A DNA stretch of 25,923 nt from positions 6,616 to 32,538 of the forward strand of contig JAVYLC010000003.1 in assembly GCA_038741355.1 (NCBI GenBank), in the 5' to 3' direction. Below, one piece after another: positions 17,026 through 24,180 of this stretch (the stretch's first letter is position 1; each line of letters opens with the position of its first letter). A program made the translations under genes and the position numbers. Below the pieces are notes generated by a model. The model searched no databases. It was not told the DNA's origin and saw nothing but the letters and a program-made list of their open reading frames with translations. The stretch is from Nitrososphaerota archaeon. GTDB lineage: Archaea; Thermoproteota; Nitrososphaeria_A; Caldarchaeales; Calditenuaceae.

Positions 17026-18207
17026 TTGAAGACAACACTTTCCGTCATTAAGGCGGATGTTGGAAGCGTCTCCGGACACTACAGGCCACACAACGAGATG
17101 CTGCGCTATGCTCAGAAGAAGCTGAACGAGGCTAAGACAACTGGTCTCATAAACAGCGGATACGTGACCCACGCAGGAGACGACATAATACTCGTCATGA
17201 CTCATAGCAGGGGTGAGAATGATTCTGAGATTCACGGCCTCGCCTGGAGAGTATTCAAGGAGATAACCGAGAATGTGTCGAAGCCTATGAAGCTTTACGG
17301 AGCTGGCCAAGACTTACTGAGCGACGCATTTAGCGGCAATGTGAGAGGCCTCGGCCCAGGAGTCGCCGAGATAGAGTTTGAGGAGAGGAGGTCGGACCCC
17401 GTCGTAGTCTTCGCGGCTGATAAGACTGAGCCAGGGGCCTGGAACCTGCCGCTCTACAGGATATTCGCCTCACCAGACAACACTGCAGGCCTAGTAATCG
17501 ACCCACAGCTCCAGAAGGGCTTCGTCTTCGAGGTCCTCGACCTATACGAGAGCAGGATAGTGGAGCTGAAGACCCCCGAGGAGCTCTACATGCTCCTTGG
17601 ACTGCTGGGAACACCCGGCCGATACGCCGTAGCCCGCGTTAGGCGGGCTGCAGACGGAGAGCCTGCAGCCGCAGCCAGCACTACTAGGCTGAGCCTAATT
17701 GCTGGGCGCTACGTTGGCAAGGATGACCCGGTACTGATTGTGAGGGCTCAGTCAGGCTTCCCAGCGGTTGGGGAGATACTTGCCGCCTTCGCAGTGCCGC
17801 CGATAGTGAGTGGGTGGATGAGGGGTTCACATAGGGGGCCACTGATGCCTGTCTCGTTCAAGAATGGGCAGAATGTTGTCTCATACTTCGACGGTCCACC
17901 GAGGGTGATTGCGATGGGCTGGCAGGTGAGTAACGGCAAGCTGATAGGTGTTGATGGTGAGGAGCCTGCAGACCTGTTCGCCGACCCGTTCTGGGACTAT
18001 GTGAGGCATAAGGCGGCCGAGTTGGCGATTTATCTGAGGACAATGGGCGAGTTTGAGCCTGCACGCCTCGGCCACGAGGAAATGGAGTACACCACACTAC
18101 CCACAATCCTAGAGACATTGAAGCCAAGGTTTAAGCCATACGAGGAGAAGCCAACCGCAAAGGCCCCACCCTCGAAGAAGAAGGAAGCCCAAGAAGAAGT
18201 AGATTAA
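17026..18207 (+). CDS. fbp: Fructose-1,6-bisphosphate aldolase/phosphatase (class V FBPase)
   Basis: KTTLSVIKADVGSVSGH is present at the N-terminus. Further motifs are YVTHAGDDIILVMTH, AFSGNVRGLGPGVAE and ADKTEPGAWNLP. I prefer TTG 17026 because family members start at M-KTT-SVIKAD. The ORF-track TTG at 16981 would add 15 aa. Confidence 0.92.
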   Translation: MKTTLSVIKADVGSVSGHYRPHNEMLRYAQKKLNEAKTTGLINSGYVTHAGDDIILVMTHSRGENDSEIHGLAWRVFKEITENVSKPMKLYGAGQDLLSDAFSGNVRGLGPGVAEIEFEERRSDPVVVFAADKTEPGAWNLPLYRIFASPDNTAGLVIDPQLQKGFVFEVLDLYESRIVELKTPEELYMLLGLLGTPGRYAVARVRRAADGEPAAAASTTRLSLIAGRYVGKDDPVLIVRAQSGFPAVGEILAAFAVPPIVSGWMRGSHRGPLMPVSFKNGQNVVSYFDGPPRVIAMGWQVSNGKLIGVDGEEPADLFADPFWDYVRHKAAELAIYLRTMGEFEPARLGHEEMEYTTLPTILETLKPRFKPYEEKPTAKAPPSKKKEAQEEVD

Positions 18208-18239
18208 ATCGTCACTAAGAACATAACACTCTCTCTTTT

Positions 18240-18274
18240 ATGGATCTAAAGGTGCAGGACACCGCATAATCCAT
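18240..18274. terminator. Two-tier hairpin between convergent fbp and dtdA
   Basis: ATGGAT (18240-18245) pairs with ATCCAT (18269-18274), and the inner stem is GGTG/CACC (18251-18254 / 18260-18263). A T-rich run CTCTCTTTTA precedes it. Its function is unproven. Confidence 0.25.
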
Positions 18275-18283
18275 GCAGAGGCT

Positions 18284-19096
18284 TTAGCGCTTAACTATCC
18301 TTACTCCGAGCTGCTGGAGCTTCTCAACCACAAGCCCCCTATACCGACCCTGGACACCCTTCCAGTCAATAACCGCCACGCCACACCCGTCCACAATGCT
18401 TCTAACAGCCTCGCCCAGAAGATCAAGTGCCTCAGGGATGAAGTATTTTGGAAGTATATGTCCAAAATCGTGCTCGCCGAGGCTCATCAGCCTGGTGAAG
18501 GTGGGTGCGTAGTGTCCCCCGCCCACACCTATCGCCGCAGACCTCGACGGCCCCGCGAGGCACGCCTCGATACACGCCTCAGCCACGGCCTCCGCCGCCC
18601 TCTCATCAGCCATGGCCTCGACAGGGCCACCGAACTCAACGTACACCATCGGTCTAGGCGAATAGGGGCCGTGGTGTGTTACTTCGAGCCCCACCCACCA
18701 GTCTCGCAGACCGCTACTTTCTTCGACCCTTCGTCTGAGAGTGTCATAGGCCGCCCTGATAGCCCCGGCTAGTGTTAGGGATAGTGCACGCGGTTTGCCC
18801 CCCATACTCACGTCACTGGTCCAGTTGCCTGTCGCGTGTGTGGTGAGGGCCTTTGTCCCGCTCTCCGACCTATGGGAGGAGGCTACTACGATTAGGTCTG
18901 CCCTGAGCCCTAATATCTCCTCCTCCGTGAGGAGAAGGTGGTGTTTATCGACGACTATCGCTGAGACAGGGCGGCCACGCAGCAGCTCCATACCCTCTGT
19001 CTGGACGGGCTCAAACCCAAACCTCTCTAAAAGGCACTTTCTGACCAGCATAGACGAGCTATCGGCGCGCGATATCAGAATAAGCCTGCCGGTCAA
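18284..19096 (-). CDS. dtdA: D-aminoacyl-tRNA deacylase, archaeal type (DtdA / DTD2)
   Basis: The motifs HATGNW...GGKPRAL and LEVTHHGPYSPRPMVYVEFGG match the archaeal tRNA_deacylase family. I prefer TTG 19096 (270 aa, typical length). The ORF-track start at 19318 would run through the divergent promoter and the 5' end of the neighbouring gene. Confidence 0.82.
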   Translation of the reverse strand: MTGRLILISRADSSSMLVRKCLLERFGFEPVQTEGMELLRGRPVSAIVVDKHHLLLTEEEILGLRADLIVVASSHRSESGTKALTTHATGNWTSDVSMGGKPRALSLTLAGAIRAAYDTLRRRVEESSGLRDWWVGLEVTHHGPYSPRPMVYVEFGGPVEAMADERAAEAVAEACIEACLAGPSRSAAIGVGGGHYAPTFTRLMSLGEHDFGHILPKYFIPEALDLLGEAVRSIVDGCGVAVIDWKGVQGRYRGLVVEKLQQLGVRIVKR

Positions 19097-19219
19097 GGGC
19101 TTTGAGGGATAAACAGCTTCCCCGATTCTTAAACTATCCACACCGCCCTCAACGAAGTTCGAGTCACTCAGTACACCATCCGCTGGTGATAGATGTTTTA
19201 TATTGGTTGGCGTTGTTAT

Positions 19220-20077
19220 ATGGTGGTGCCTGCAACCAGCCTTAGCGGAAGGGTGAGGGTGGCTCTCGCACAGGTCTCGACACGGATAGGCGATATCAAG
19301 GCGAATAAGGAGAAGCATATAGAGTATATCGAGAAGGCTCGGAGTGAGGGGGCGGACCTAGTTGTTTTTCCCGAGCTATCGCTGACAGGCTACCTGTTGA
19401 GAGACGTCGCCTACGAGGTCCCCCGCGCCTGTAGCGAGGCCTTAGAAGAGATTAAACAGGCCTGTCGCAACATTCACGCAGTCATAGGGGTGGTTAGGGA
19501 GGTGAGACCAGGCATCATACAGAACGCGGCGGCGATTATAGGTGATGGGGAGATAAAGCGTGTGGTCCCGAAATTCTATCTGCCAACATACGGCCTCTTC
19601 GAGGAGGCGCGCTACTTCATGCCCGGCGATCCTCTCAGAGATCTTAAAATCGTTGAGAACATGTTTGGGGTCTTGATCTGTGAAGACCTGTGGCATCCGG
19701 AGCCCGCCGAGGCCCTTGCAAGACAGGGGGCCGAGGTTCTAGTCTGTATAGCATCATCACCTCTTCGGGGGCTGAATAACCCGGTGGAAGGTAAACCATG
19801 GATTGACCACGCCTGGACCTCAATACTCAATGCAACAGCACTAACAAATGCAGTCCACGTAGTTTTCGTGAACAGGGCGGGACCGGAGGATGAGGAGTTC
19901 TTCTGGGGAGGCTCAAGGGTTGTGGGACCGAACGGTGTAGAGTTGGCCAGATGCAAAACTATGGAGGAGGACTTCAAGGTCTGCGAGATAGACCTCTCAG
20001 AAAACGCGAGGGCTAGAAGGTTCAGCTCCTTCAGGATACATCTCAGGGAGTTCCACCACGCGTTGTCTAAGCTTTAG
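19220..20077 (+). CDS. Carbon-nitrogen hydrolase (nitrilase superfamily), NAD-synthetase glutaminase-subunit-like
   Basis: The Glu-Lys-Cys triad contexts are VVFPELSLTGY, PKFYLPTYGLFEEARYF and GVLICEDLWHPE. The last two resemble the glutaminase domain of glutamine-dependent NadE. The start is uncertain among ATG 19193, ATG 19220 and GTG 19253. Confidence 0.82.
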   Translation: MVVPATSLSGRVRVALAQVSTRIGDIKANKEKHIEYIEKARSEGADLVVFPELSLTGYLLRDVAYEVPRACSEALEEIKQACRNIHAVIGVVREVRPGIIQNAAAIIGDGEIKRVVPKFYLPTYGLFEEARYFMPGDPLRDLKIVENMFGVLICEDLWHPEPAEALARQGAEVLVCIASSPLRGLNNPVEGKPWIDHAWTSILNATALTNAVHVVFVNRAGPEDEEFFWGGSRVVGPNGVELARCKTMEEDFKVCEIDLSENARARRFSSFRIHLREFHHALSKL

Positions 20078-20124
20078 AAAGTCTCTCCCTCAGGCAGATT
20101 TTTAAACACGTTGCAGGGGGATGA

Positions 20125-20997
20125 TTGGATGATGGGAAATTGGCCACTAGGGTGAGCCTTCCAATCAAGGAGCTGGAGATTGATGCTGAGAAGGTCGCCA
20201 ACTACCTCTGTGAGAGGCTAAGACATTATGTCTTCTATTACGCTGGTAGGCGGGGAGGGGTTATAGGTCTGAGTGGTGGGATAGACTCGTCTACCGCCGC
20301 CTATCTCGCAGCCCGTGCACTAAAACCCGAGAACCTCTTCTGCTATATTCTCCCAACCTCGGCTACGCCGCAACACGACATACGGTTCGCCCAGACAGTA
20401 GTCGAGAGGCTTGAAATACCTGAGGACAACTACGAGCTGATAAACATCGACGACATGGTGAGAGCATTCGCAGAGAGGCTCAGGGCCGAGAACCCCCTCA
20501 TAGTTGGCAATATAGCCGCGAGAGTTAGGATGATAATACTCCACGCGCAGGCGGCTAAGCATAACTGCCTCGTCATCGGCACAAGCGACAAGTCGGAACT
20601 AACCATAGGCTACTTCACAAAATACGGGGACGCGGGAGTGGACGTTATGCCCCTCGCCGACCTCTACAAGACCCAGATCAGGCAGCTTGCAAGATATCTC
20701 GGCGTCCCCGAAGAGATAATCATGAAGCCGCCCTCACCCGCCCTTTGGCCAGGCCAGACTGCGGAGGCAGAGCTGGGAATATCGTATGACCTGCTCGACA
20801 GCATCCTCTATCTTAGGTTTGACGCTTGGCTTAGTGATGAGGAGGTCGCATCCCGCCTAGGAATCGACATAGAGGTTGTGGAGAGGGTCATGAGGATGGT
20901 GAAGCAGACACAGCACAAGAGGCAGCTACCCGAGATATTCAGGCTCAGCGCTAGATCGCATGGATCTGACTGGAGATATCCTAGAGAGTGGAGATAG
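20125..20997 (+). CDS. nadE: NAD+ synthetase (NadE synthetase domain, PP-loop ATP pyrophosphatase)
   Basis: The PP-loop is GLSGGIDSS. Further motifs are GTSDKSELTIGYFTKYGD and the C-terminal KRQLP. The start codon is TTG (the ORF-track start). Confidence 0.9.
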   Translation: MDDGKLATRVSLPIKELEIDAEKVANYLCERLRHYVFYYAGRRGGVIGLSGGIDSSTAAYLAARALKPENLFCYILPTSATPQHDIRFAQTVVERLEIPEDNYELINIDDMVRAFAERLRAENPLIVGNIAARVRMIILHAQAAKHNCLVIGTSDKSELTIGYFTKYGDAGVDVMPLADLYKTQIRQLARYLGVPEEIIMKPPSPALWPGQTAEAELGISYDLLDSILYLRFDAWLSDEEVASRLGIDIEVVERVMRMVKQTQHKRQLPEIFRLSARSHGSDWRYPREWR

Positions 20998-21110
20998 ACG
21001 GATTGGCCGGAGGCACGGCTCGTGATGAGGGTTGTGCTGGCCGTTAGGTCAAAAGAGTGGGTAAGACTTTAATTCTGGCACTATTTCCGGTTCTACCTGC
21101 TCACAATACT

Positions 21111-21120
21111 TTTATATTTA
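21111..21120 (+). promoter_or_regulatory. A/T (TATA-like) box TTTATATTTA for the acidic mini-ORF
   Basis: It is the strongest A/T box in this intergenic region, about 35 nt upstream of ATG 21151. GGTGA (21144-21148) lies between the box and the ATG. Confidence 0.45.
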
Positions 21121-21150
21121 GGAAATTAGTGAGCATCAGGCACGGTGATT

Positions 21151-21285
21151 ATGAGCCACATTAGGTTCTTCGAGGAAGAGTGGGGAGAAGAGGAAGAGTG
21201 GGAGGAAGACTTCGAGGAAGAGGAGGAAGAGTGGGAGGAAGAAGAGTGGGAAGAGGAGGAGTTAGAGGAAGAGGAGGAAGTATAG
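21151..21285 (+). CDS. 44-aa poly-Glu/Trp micro-protein MSHIRFFEEEWGEEEEWEEDFEEEEEEWEEEEWEEEELEEEEEV
   Basis: I translated this by hand; it falls below the ORF-track length cutoff. It has an ATG start with a Shine-Dalgarno-like GGTGA 2 nt upstream and an A/T box upstream. The TAG stop sits at the end of the purine tract and an oligo-T run follows. Alternative frames are also open, so coding status is unproven. Confidence 0.5.
   Translation: MSHIRFFEEEWGEEEEWEEDFEEEEEEWEEEEWEEEELEEEEEV
21172..21282 (+). repeat. Polypurine (GAA/GAG-type) tract with an internal 20-nt perfect direct repeat
   Basis: By hand count, 100 of 111 nt on the + strand are purines. GAGGAAGAGTGGGAGGAAGA occurs at 21190-21209 and again at 21223-21242, 33 nt apart. 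A degenerate third copy starts at 21172. Confidence 0.85.
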
Positions 21286-21307
21286 TCCAAGCCACCGGCA
21301 ACCCGAA

Positions 21308-21318
21308 TTTTTTATTTA
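21308..21318 (+). terminator. Oligo-T run TTTTTTATTT downstream of the mini-ORF
   Basis: A T6 run followed by T3 lies 23 nt after the TAG. This is typical of archaeal intrinsic termination signals. Confidence 0.35.
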
Positions 21319-21396
21319 GAAGGCCAATACAGTTTCTCATAATTGGATGTATTGAAATCTGAATATGCTGGCCTCATGGGCTAGGGCTTGGCGCGG

Positions 21397-21434
21397 GATA
21401 AGCATTATAACGCTGGTGCGAGAATAGTTATACA
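21397..21434 (+). promoter_or_regulatory. Promoter/operator region of the second AbrB-PhoU gene: GATAAGCATTAT block plus AATAGTTATACA block
   Basis: GATAAGCATTAT (21397-21408) matches 12525-12536 at 11 of 12 positions. AATAGTTATACA (21423-34) equals AATAGTATATACA (12542-54) minus one A. GCATTATAAC is centred about 28 nt upstream of ATG 21434. Confidence 0.35.
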
Positions 21435-22327
21435 TGCCTAGGCTTGAAGAGAGGAAGCTACAGCAACTTCGGGGGAGCTCCTACGTTTTGACACTCCCGA
21501 AGGACTGGGTAGAGGAGCTAGGGCTCGGTAAAGGGTCTAGTGTATTCTTACTCAAGGAGCCGGGGCTCCTGATAGTTGTTCCGGGGGAGAGGACTGTAGG
21601 ACCTCTAGTGGATGTGGAGTTGGATGTAATAGGTGTGGGGAGGCTTGAGGAGTTGACTAGGGCTTTGTATAAGATTGGTGTGAGCCAAGTGGGGTTTAGG
21701 ACGCGCGAGCCGGCTCAACAGGTGATAAGTAGGCTTAGGAGGATGAGGGGGGAGGTTCACGGCCTCATCGCCACCGCCCCCAGCGAAAACGAGGTTTTAG
21801 CCTCCTTCTCCGACGAAGTCTTCGCAAGTCTAGACCAAGGTATCAGGGTGTTTTTGACTACACTGGTTTCCGCCGCCCAATCGGCTGCAAAAAATGTGGG
21901 CTCCGGAGACAGCGCGTCTCTGCCGGATGAGCTGGCTGACTGCCGCCTATACGCCCTCGCCCTCTTCAGATACGCCTCTGGACTGATAACAAAACCCTCT
22001 AGAGACTTGGGAGCCCGAGCCCTCCCTCTAGCCAGCCTGGTCTCAGCCCGAATGCTGGACCTCTGCGAAGCTTTTGAAGATGTTACGACTGTGGGCGGGG
22101 GAGGCTTCTCACACTTGGTCGAGTCCTTTGCTACGCTTGTCTCCGAGCTCACAGACGCTGTTGGCGGTGATTATGAGGCGTTGGAGAGGGTGGAGGAGAA
22201 AGTGGAGGAGGTTTTGATTGGCAGGGGGATGGAAGATTGCCGGGTCTATACATTGTTTGTGGCGTTGTCGAAAGTTGTTGAGAGTCTTAAGGAGCTCACG
22301 CTCATCAGGGCTGCGCTTACTGCTTGA
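21434..22327 (+). CDS. Divergent AbrB/SpoVT-domain + PhoU-like helical-domain protein (paralog of 12571..13620)
   Basis: The N-terminus RKLQQLRGSSYVLTLPKDWVEELGLGKGSSVFLL aligns by eye with the N-terminus of the 12571 gene. The C-terminal half is helical and acidic. The PhoU assignment is weaker than for the first paralog. Confidence 0.7.
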   Translation: MPRLEERKLQQLRGSSYVLTLPKDWVEELGLGKGSSVFLLKEPGLLIVVPGERTVGPLVDVELDVIGVGRLEELTRALYKIGVSQVGFRTREPAQQVISRLRRMRGEVHGLIATAPSENEVLASFSDEVFASLDQGIRVFLTTLVSAAQSAAKNVGSGDSASLPDELADCRLYALALFRYASGLITKPSRDLGARALPLASLVSARMLDLCEAFEDVTTVGGGGFSHLVESFATLVSELTDAVGGDYEALERVEEKVEEVLIGRGMEDCRVYTLFVALSKVVESLKELTLIRAALTA

Positions 22328-23087
22328 TGGCGAAGAGTTCGACGGCTATATGGAGTTTTGAGGGAGAGTAGCTCTTGATGAACCTCTGGCCTAGGAGGCT
22401 CGCCCTGTATCCCAGCCTCTCGGCGGTGGATAGGGCGTTGGCTGCCAGTTCGTCTTCTCTCCCCCTCAAGGCTAGGCTGTGGAGGTGAATGATTCCCCCA
22501 GCAGTTGAAAGCATGCCCAGAGCATATGGTAGGAAGCTGATTGTGTCGTGGAGGTACCCCATTATGACCCTGTCCGCTACCCGGCCTATTTGCCCAGCCA
22601 CCTCCCTGCAGTCTCCGAGATGAGGCTCAACTATCTCCGAGACCCTGTTCCTCTCAATGTTCTTGACGAGAAATCCGTATGCGTCCGGGTTTATCTCGAT
22701 TGCGTGTATCCTCTTAGGCTTGGCGTGGTAGGCTATTGGGATGCTGAACTGCCCCACGCCCGCAAACATGTCTACAATCACTTCCCAGCTCCTGATCATG
22801 GCCGCAGTCCTCAGCCTCTCAAACTTGTTCCCAAGACAGAACATCAGGCTGGCAGGGTCGAGCTCGAACTCCACACCATACTCTCGATAAACTATGGAAT
22901 CGGGGATCGAGCCCCAGAGAACCTCTATCCTCGGCCTCCTAAACTCACCTTCTATCCCCCAATACCTCAGTATCGCCTTGACATTCGGGTGACTCTTCCG
23001 TATCCTCTGGACTGTCTCCTCGACGTCGCTCGACTCTTCCGGCCTAACCAGCGCCACGCCGCCAAAAAGTTTAACCACTCCAAACAC
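22317..23087 (-). CDS. Met-10+-like class I SAM-dependent tRNA-modification enzyme (Trm5/Taw2 family)
   Basis: The SAM-binding motif is VVDMFAGVGQFSIPIA, followed by AIEINPDAY and DRVIMGYLHDTISFLPYAL. At 256 aa it lacks the N-terminal D1 domain, which favours a Taw2-like or short Trm5 type. The start codon is GTG. Confidence 0.82.
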   Translation of the reverse strand: MFGVVKLFGGVALVRPEESSDVEETVQRIRKSHPNVKAILRYWGIEGEFRRPRIEVLWGSIPDSIVYREYGVEFELDPASLMFCLGNKFERLRTAAMIRSWEVIVDMFAGVGQFSIPIAYHAKPKRIHAIEINPDAYGFLVKNIERNRVSEIVEPHLGDCREVAGQIGRVADRVIMGYLHDTISFLPYALGMLSTAGGIIHLHSLALRGREDELAANALSTAERLGYRASLLGQRFIKSYSPSKLHIAVELFAIKQ

Positions 23088-23174
23088 ACTTAACCCAGGC
23101 CCATAGATAAAACTGTAACCCCCCGATTTGGAAAAGGAAAAATCTTAGGGACGCAGAGAGAGTAGCCGATAGCC

Positions 23175-23648
23175 TTGAGGGCAACGACCCCGCTCGAGGA
23201 TTACTTGAAGGAGCAGGGGGTGAGCGCGCGCCTAGTATTTTTCGAGGGTCACGTGAAGACTGTGGCCGCTGCGGCTAAGCGACTGGGCGTGGGGCTGGAC
23301 CGGATAATTAAGAGTATCTTGTTCATAGACGATAAGGGTGGGCCTATTCTCGCTATTGTCCGCGGTGACAGGAGGGTGAGCGAGTATAAGCTTGCGAGAC
23401 TTATTGGTGCGAGGAGTGTCAGGATTGCCACCCCGGAGGAGACGCTGGCGCACACGGGCTACGAGATCGGTGCAGTTCCTCCAGTGGGATTGAAGCCGAG
23501 CGTTCGCGTGGTCATCGACTCTGAGGTTGTACGCCTCGATAGGGTCTATGGTGGTGGAGGCAGCCAGAACGCACTGGTCGAGATTTCTCCGACCGATATT
23601 CAAAGGCTGACTGGCGGCGTGGTGGGCGACATAGTAGTGCCTACTTAG
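23175..23648 (+). CDS. YbaK/ProX-type aminoacyl-tRNA trans-editing deacylase
   Basis: 157 aa with KSILFIDDKGGPILAIVRGDRRV and GYEIGAVPPVG, the YbaK/ProRS-associated editing domain pattern. The start codon is TTG. Confidence 0.82.
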   Translation: MRATTPLEDYLKEQGVSARLVFFEGHVKTVAAAAKRLGVGLDRIIKSILFIDDKGGPILAIVRGDRRVSEYKLARLIGARSVRIATPEETLAHTGYEIGAVPPVGLKPSVRVVIDSEVVRLDRVYGGGGSQNALVEISPTDIQRLTGGVVGDIVVPT

Positions 23649-24150
23649 AGACTAACACTACACCTACTCTATTATCTATCCTCCTTGCTATCATTCATTA
23701 TCTAGTAGTCTCGGCGCCACTATATGCCCTATCTCTCCAATATCCGAGTAAGCTATTATCCCACATAGCCTGCATAGGGGCTATTGTGGCTAATCTTAGC
23801 TGTTGCTGTATTGGGTAGGGGTTTTATAAGCCCGTAGAGCTTTTGGCGATTGCCATAATTAGGGTCTCAAAAAAATGGGTTTAAGTGTTCTATATCGATT
23901 CGAGCAATAATATAGCTTTCCTTACTTTCGCTGAGATGTATCCAAAGAAATATAAGCCATCCAGACACACAGCCATCACTAGTCATGCCTAATCCGATAA
24001 CCCACTACACCCTCTCCTTGTTGCATCAAAAAACTAATATATATGATGGATGCTACATGACGGCTCTTCCAATCCAACATAATGGCGACCTCAACGGCCC
24101 TCATCTAATCCCAAAGATATCTAGAAGCCGCATCGGAGACATCCTTAAAC

Positions 24151-24158
24151 CTATATAG
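24151..24158 (+). promoter_or_regulatory. A/T box CTATATAG for rps25e (leaderless geometry)
   Basis: It is centred about 27 nt upstream of TTG 24181. The box itself is palindromic (CCTATATAGG). Confidence 0.45.
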
Positions 24159-24180
24159 GGGCCGGCTAGAAGGTAGGTAG

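Noticed and set aside
17330-19112. ORFs antisense to fbp (17330..17614, 17748..17939, 17858..18127, 17881..18075) and to dtdA (18458..18772, 18795..19112); also 16975..17310 (-)
   Set aside because: They are shadow ORFs opposite well-supported genes and carry no motifs.
21022-21078. Possible C/D-box sRNA seeded by GTGATGA at 21022-21028
   Set aside because: There is no CTGA D box, and no C'/D' pair at the expected spacing of about 12 nt guide regions. Only CTGG appears downstream.
21180-21362. ORF-track 60-aa Arg/Gly-rich ORF (MGRRGRVGGRLRGRGG...) across the purine tract
   Set aside because: It has a GTG start with no Shine-Dalgarno-like element or A/T box at the right distance. It also runs through the oligo-T run into a hydrophobic tail. 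The acidic frame has ATG, GGTGA and an A/T box, and stops exactly at the tract end. This frame cannot be fully excluded without data.
21757-23603. ORFs 21757..22152 (-), 22548..23093 (+), 23232..23603 (-) and 23249..23455 (-)
   Set aside because: They lie antisense to the AbrB-PhoU paralog, the Trm5/Taw2 gene and the YbaK-like gene respectively. Their translations are featureless.
23979-24158. Two mutually antisense small ORFs in the AT-rich gap: + strand 24057..24158 (33 aa) and - strand 23979..24104 (41 aa)
   Set aside because: Neither has a recognisable motif or convincing start context. The + ORF would run through the rps25e A/T box. They are indistinguishable from chance ORFs in AT-rich sequence.
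23649-24180. Replication origin, or a structured RNA (RNase P, SRP) in the large gap
   Set aside because: No orc1/cdc6 gene is nearby, and I found no repeated ORB-like elements. Structural RNAs of thermophiles are GC-rich, whereas this region is AT-rich.
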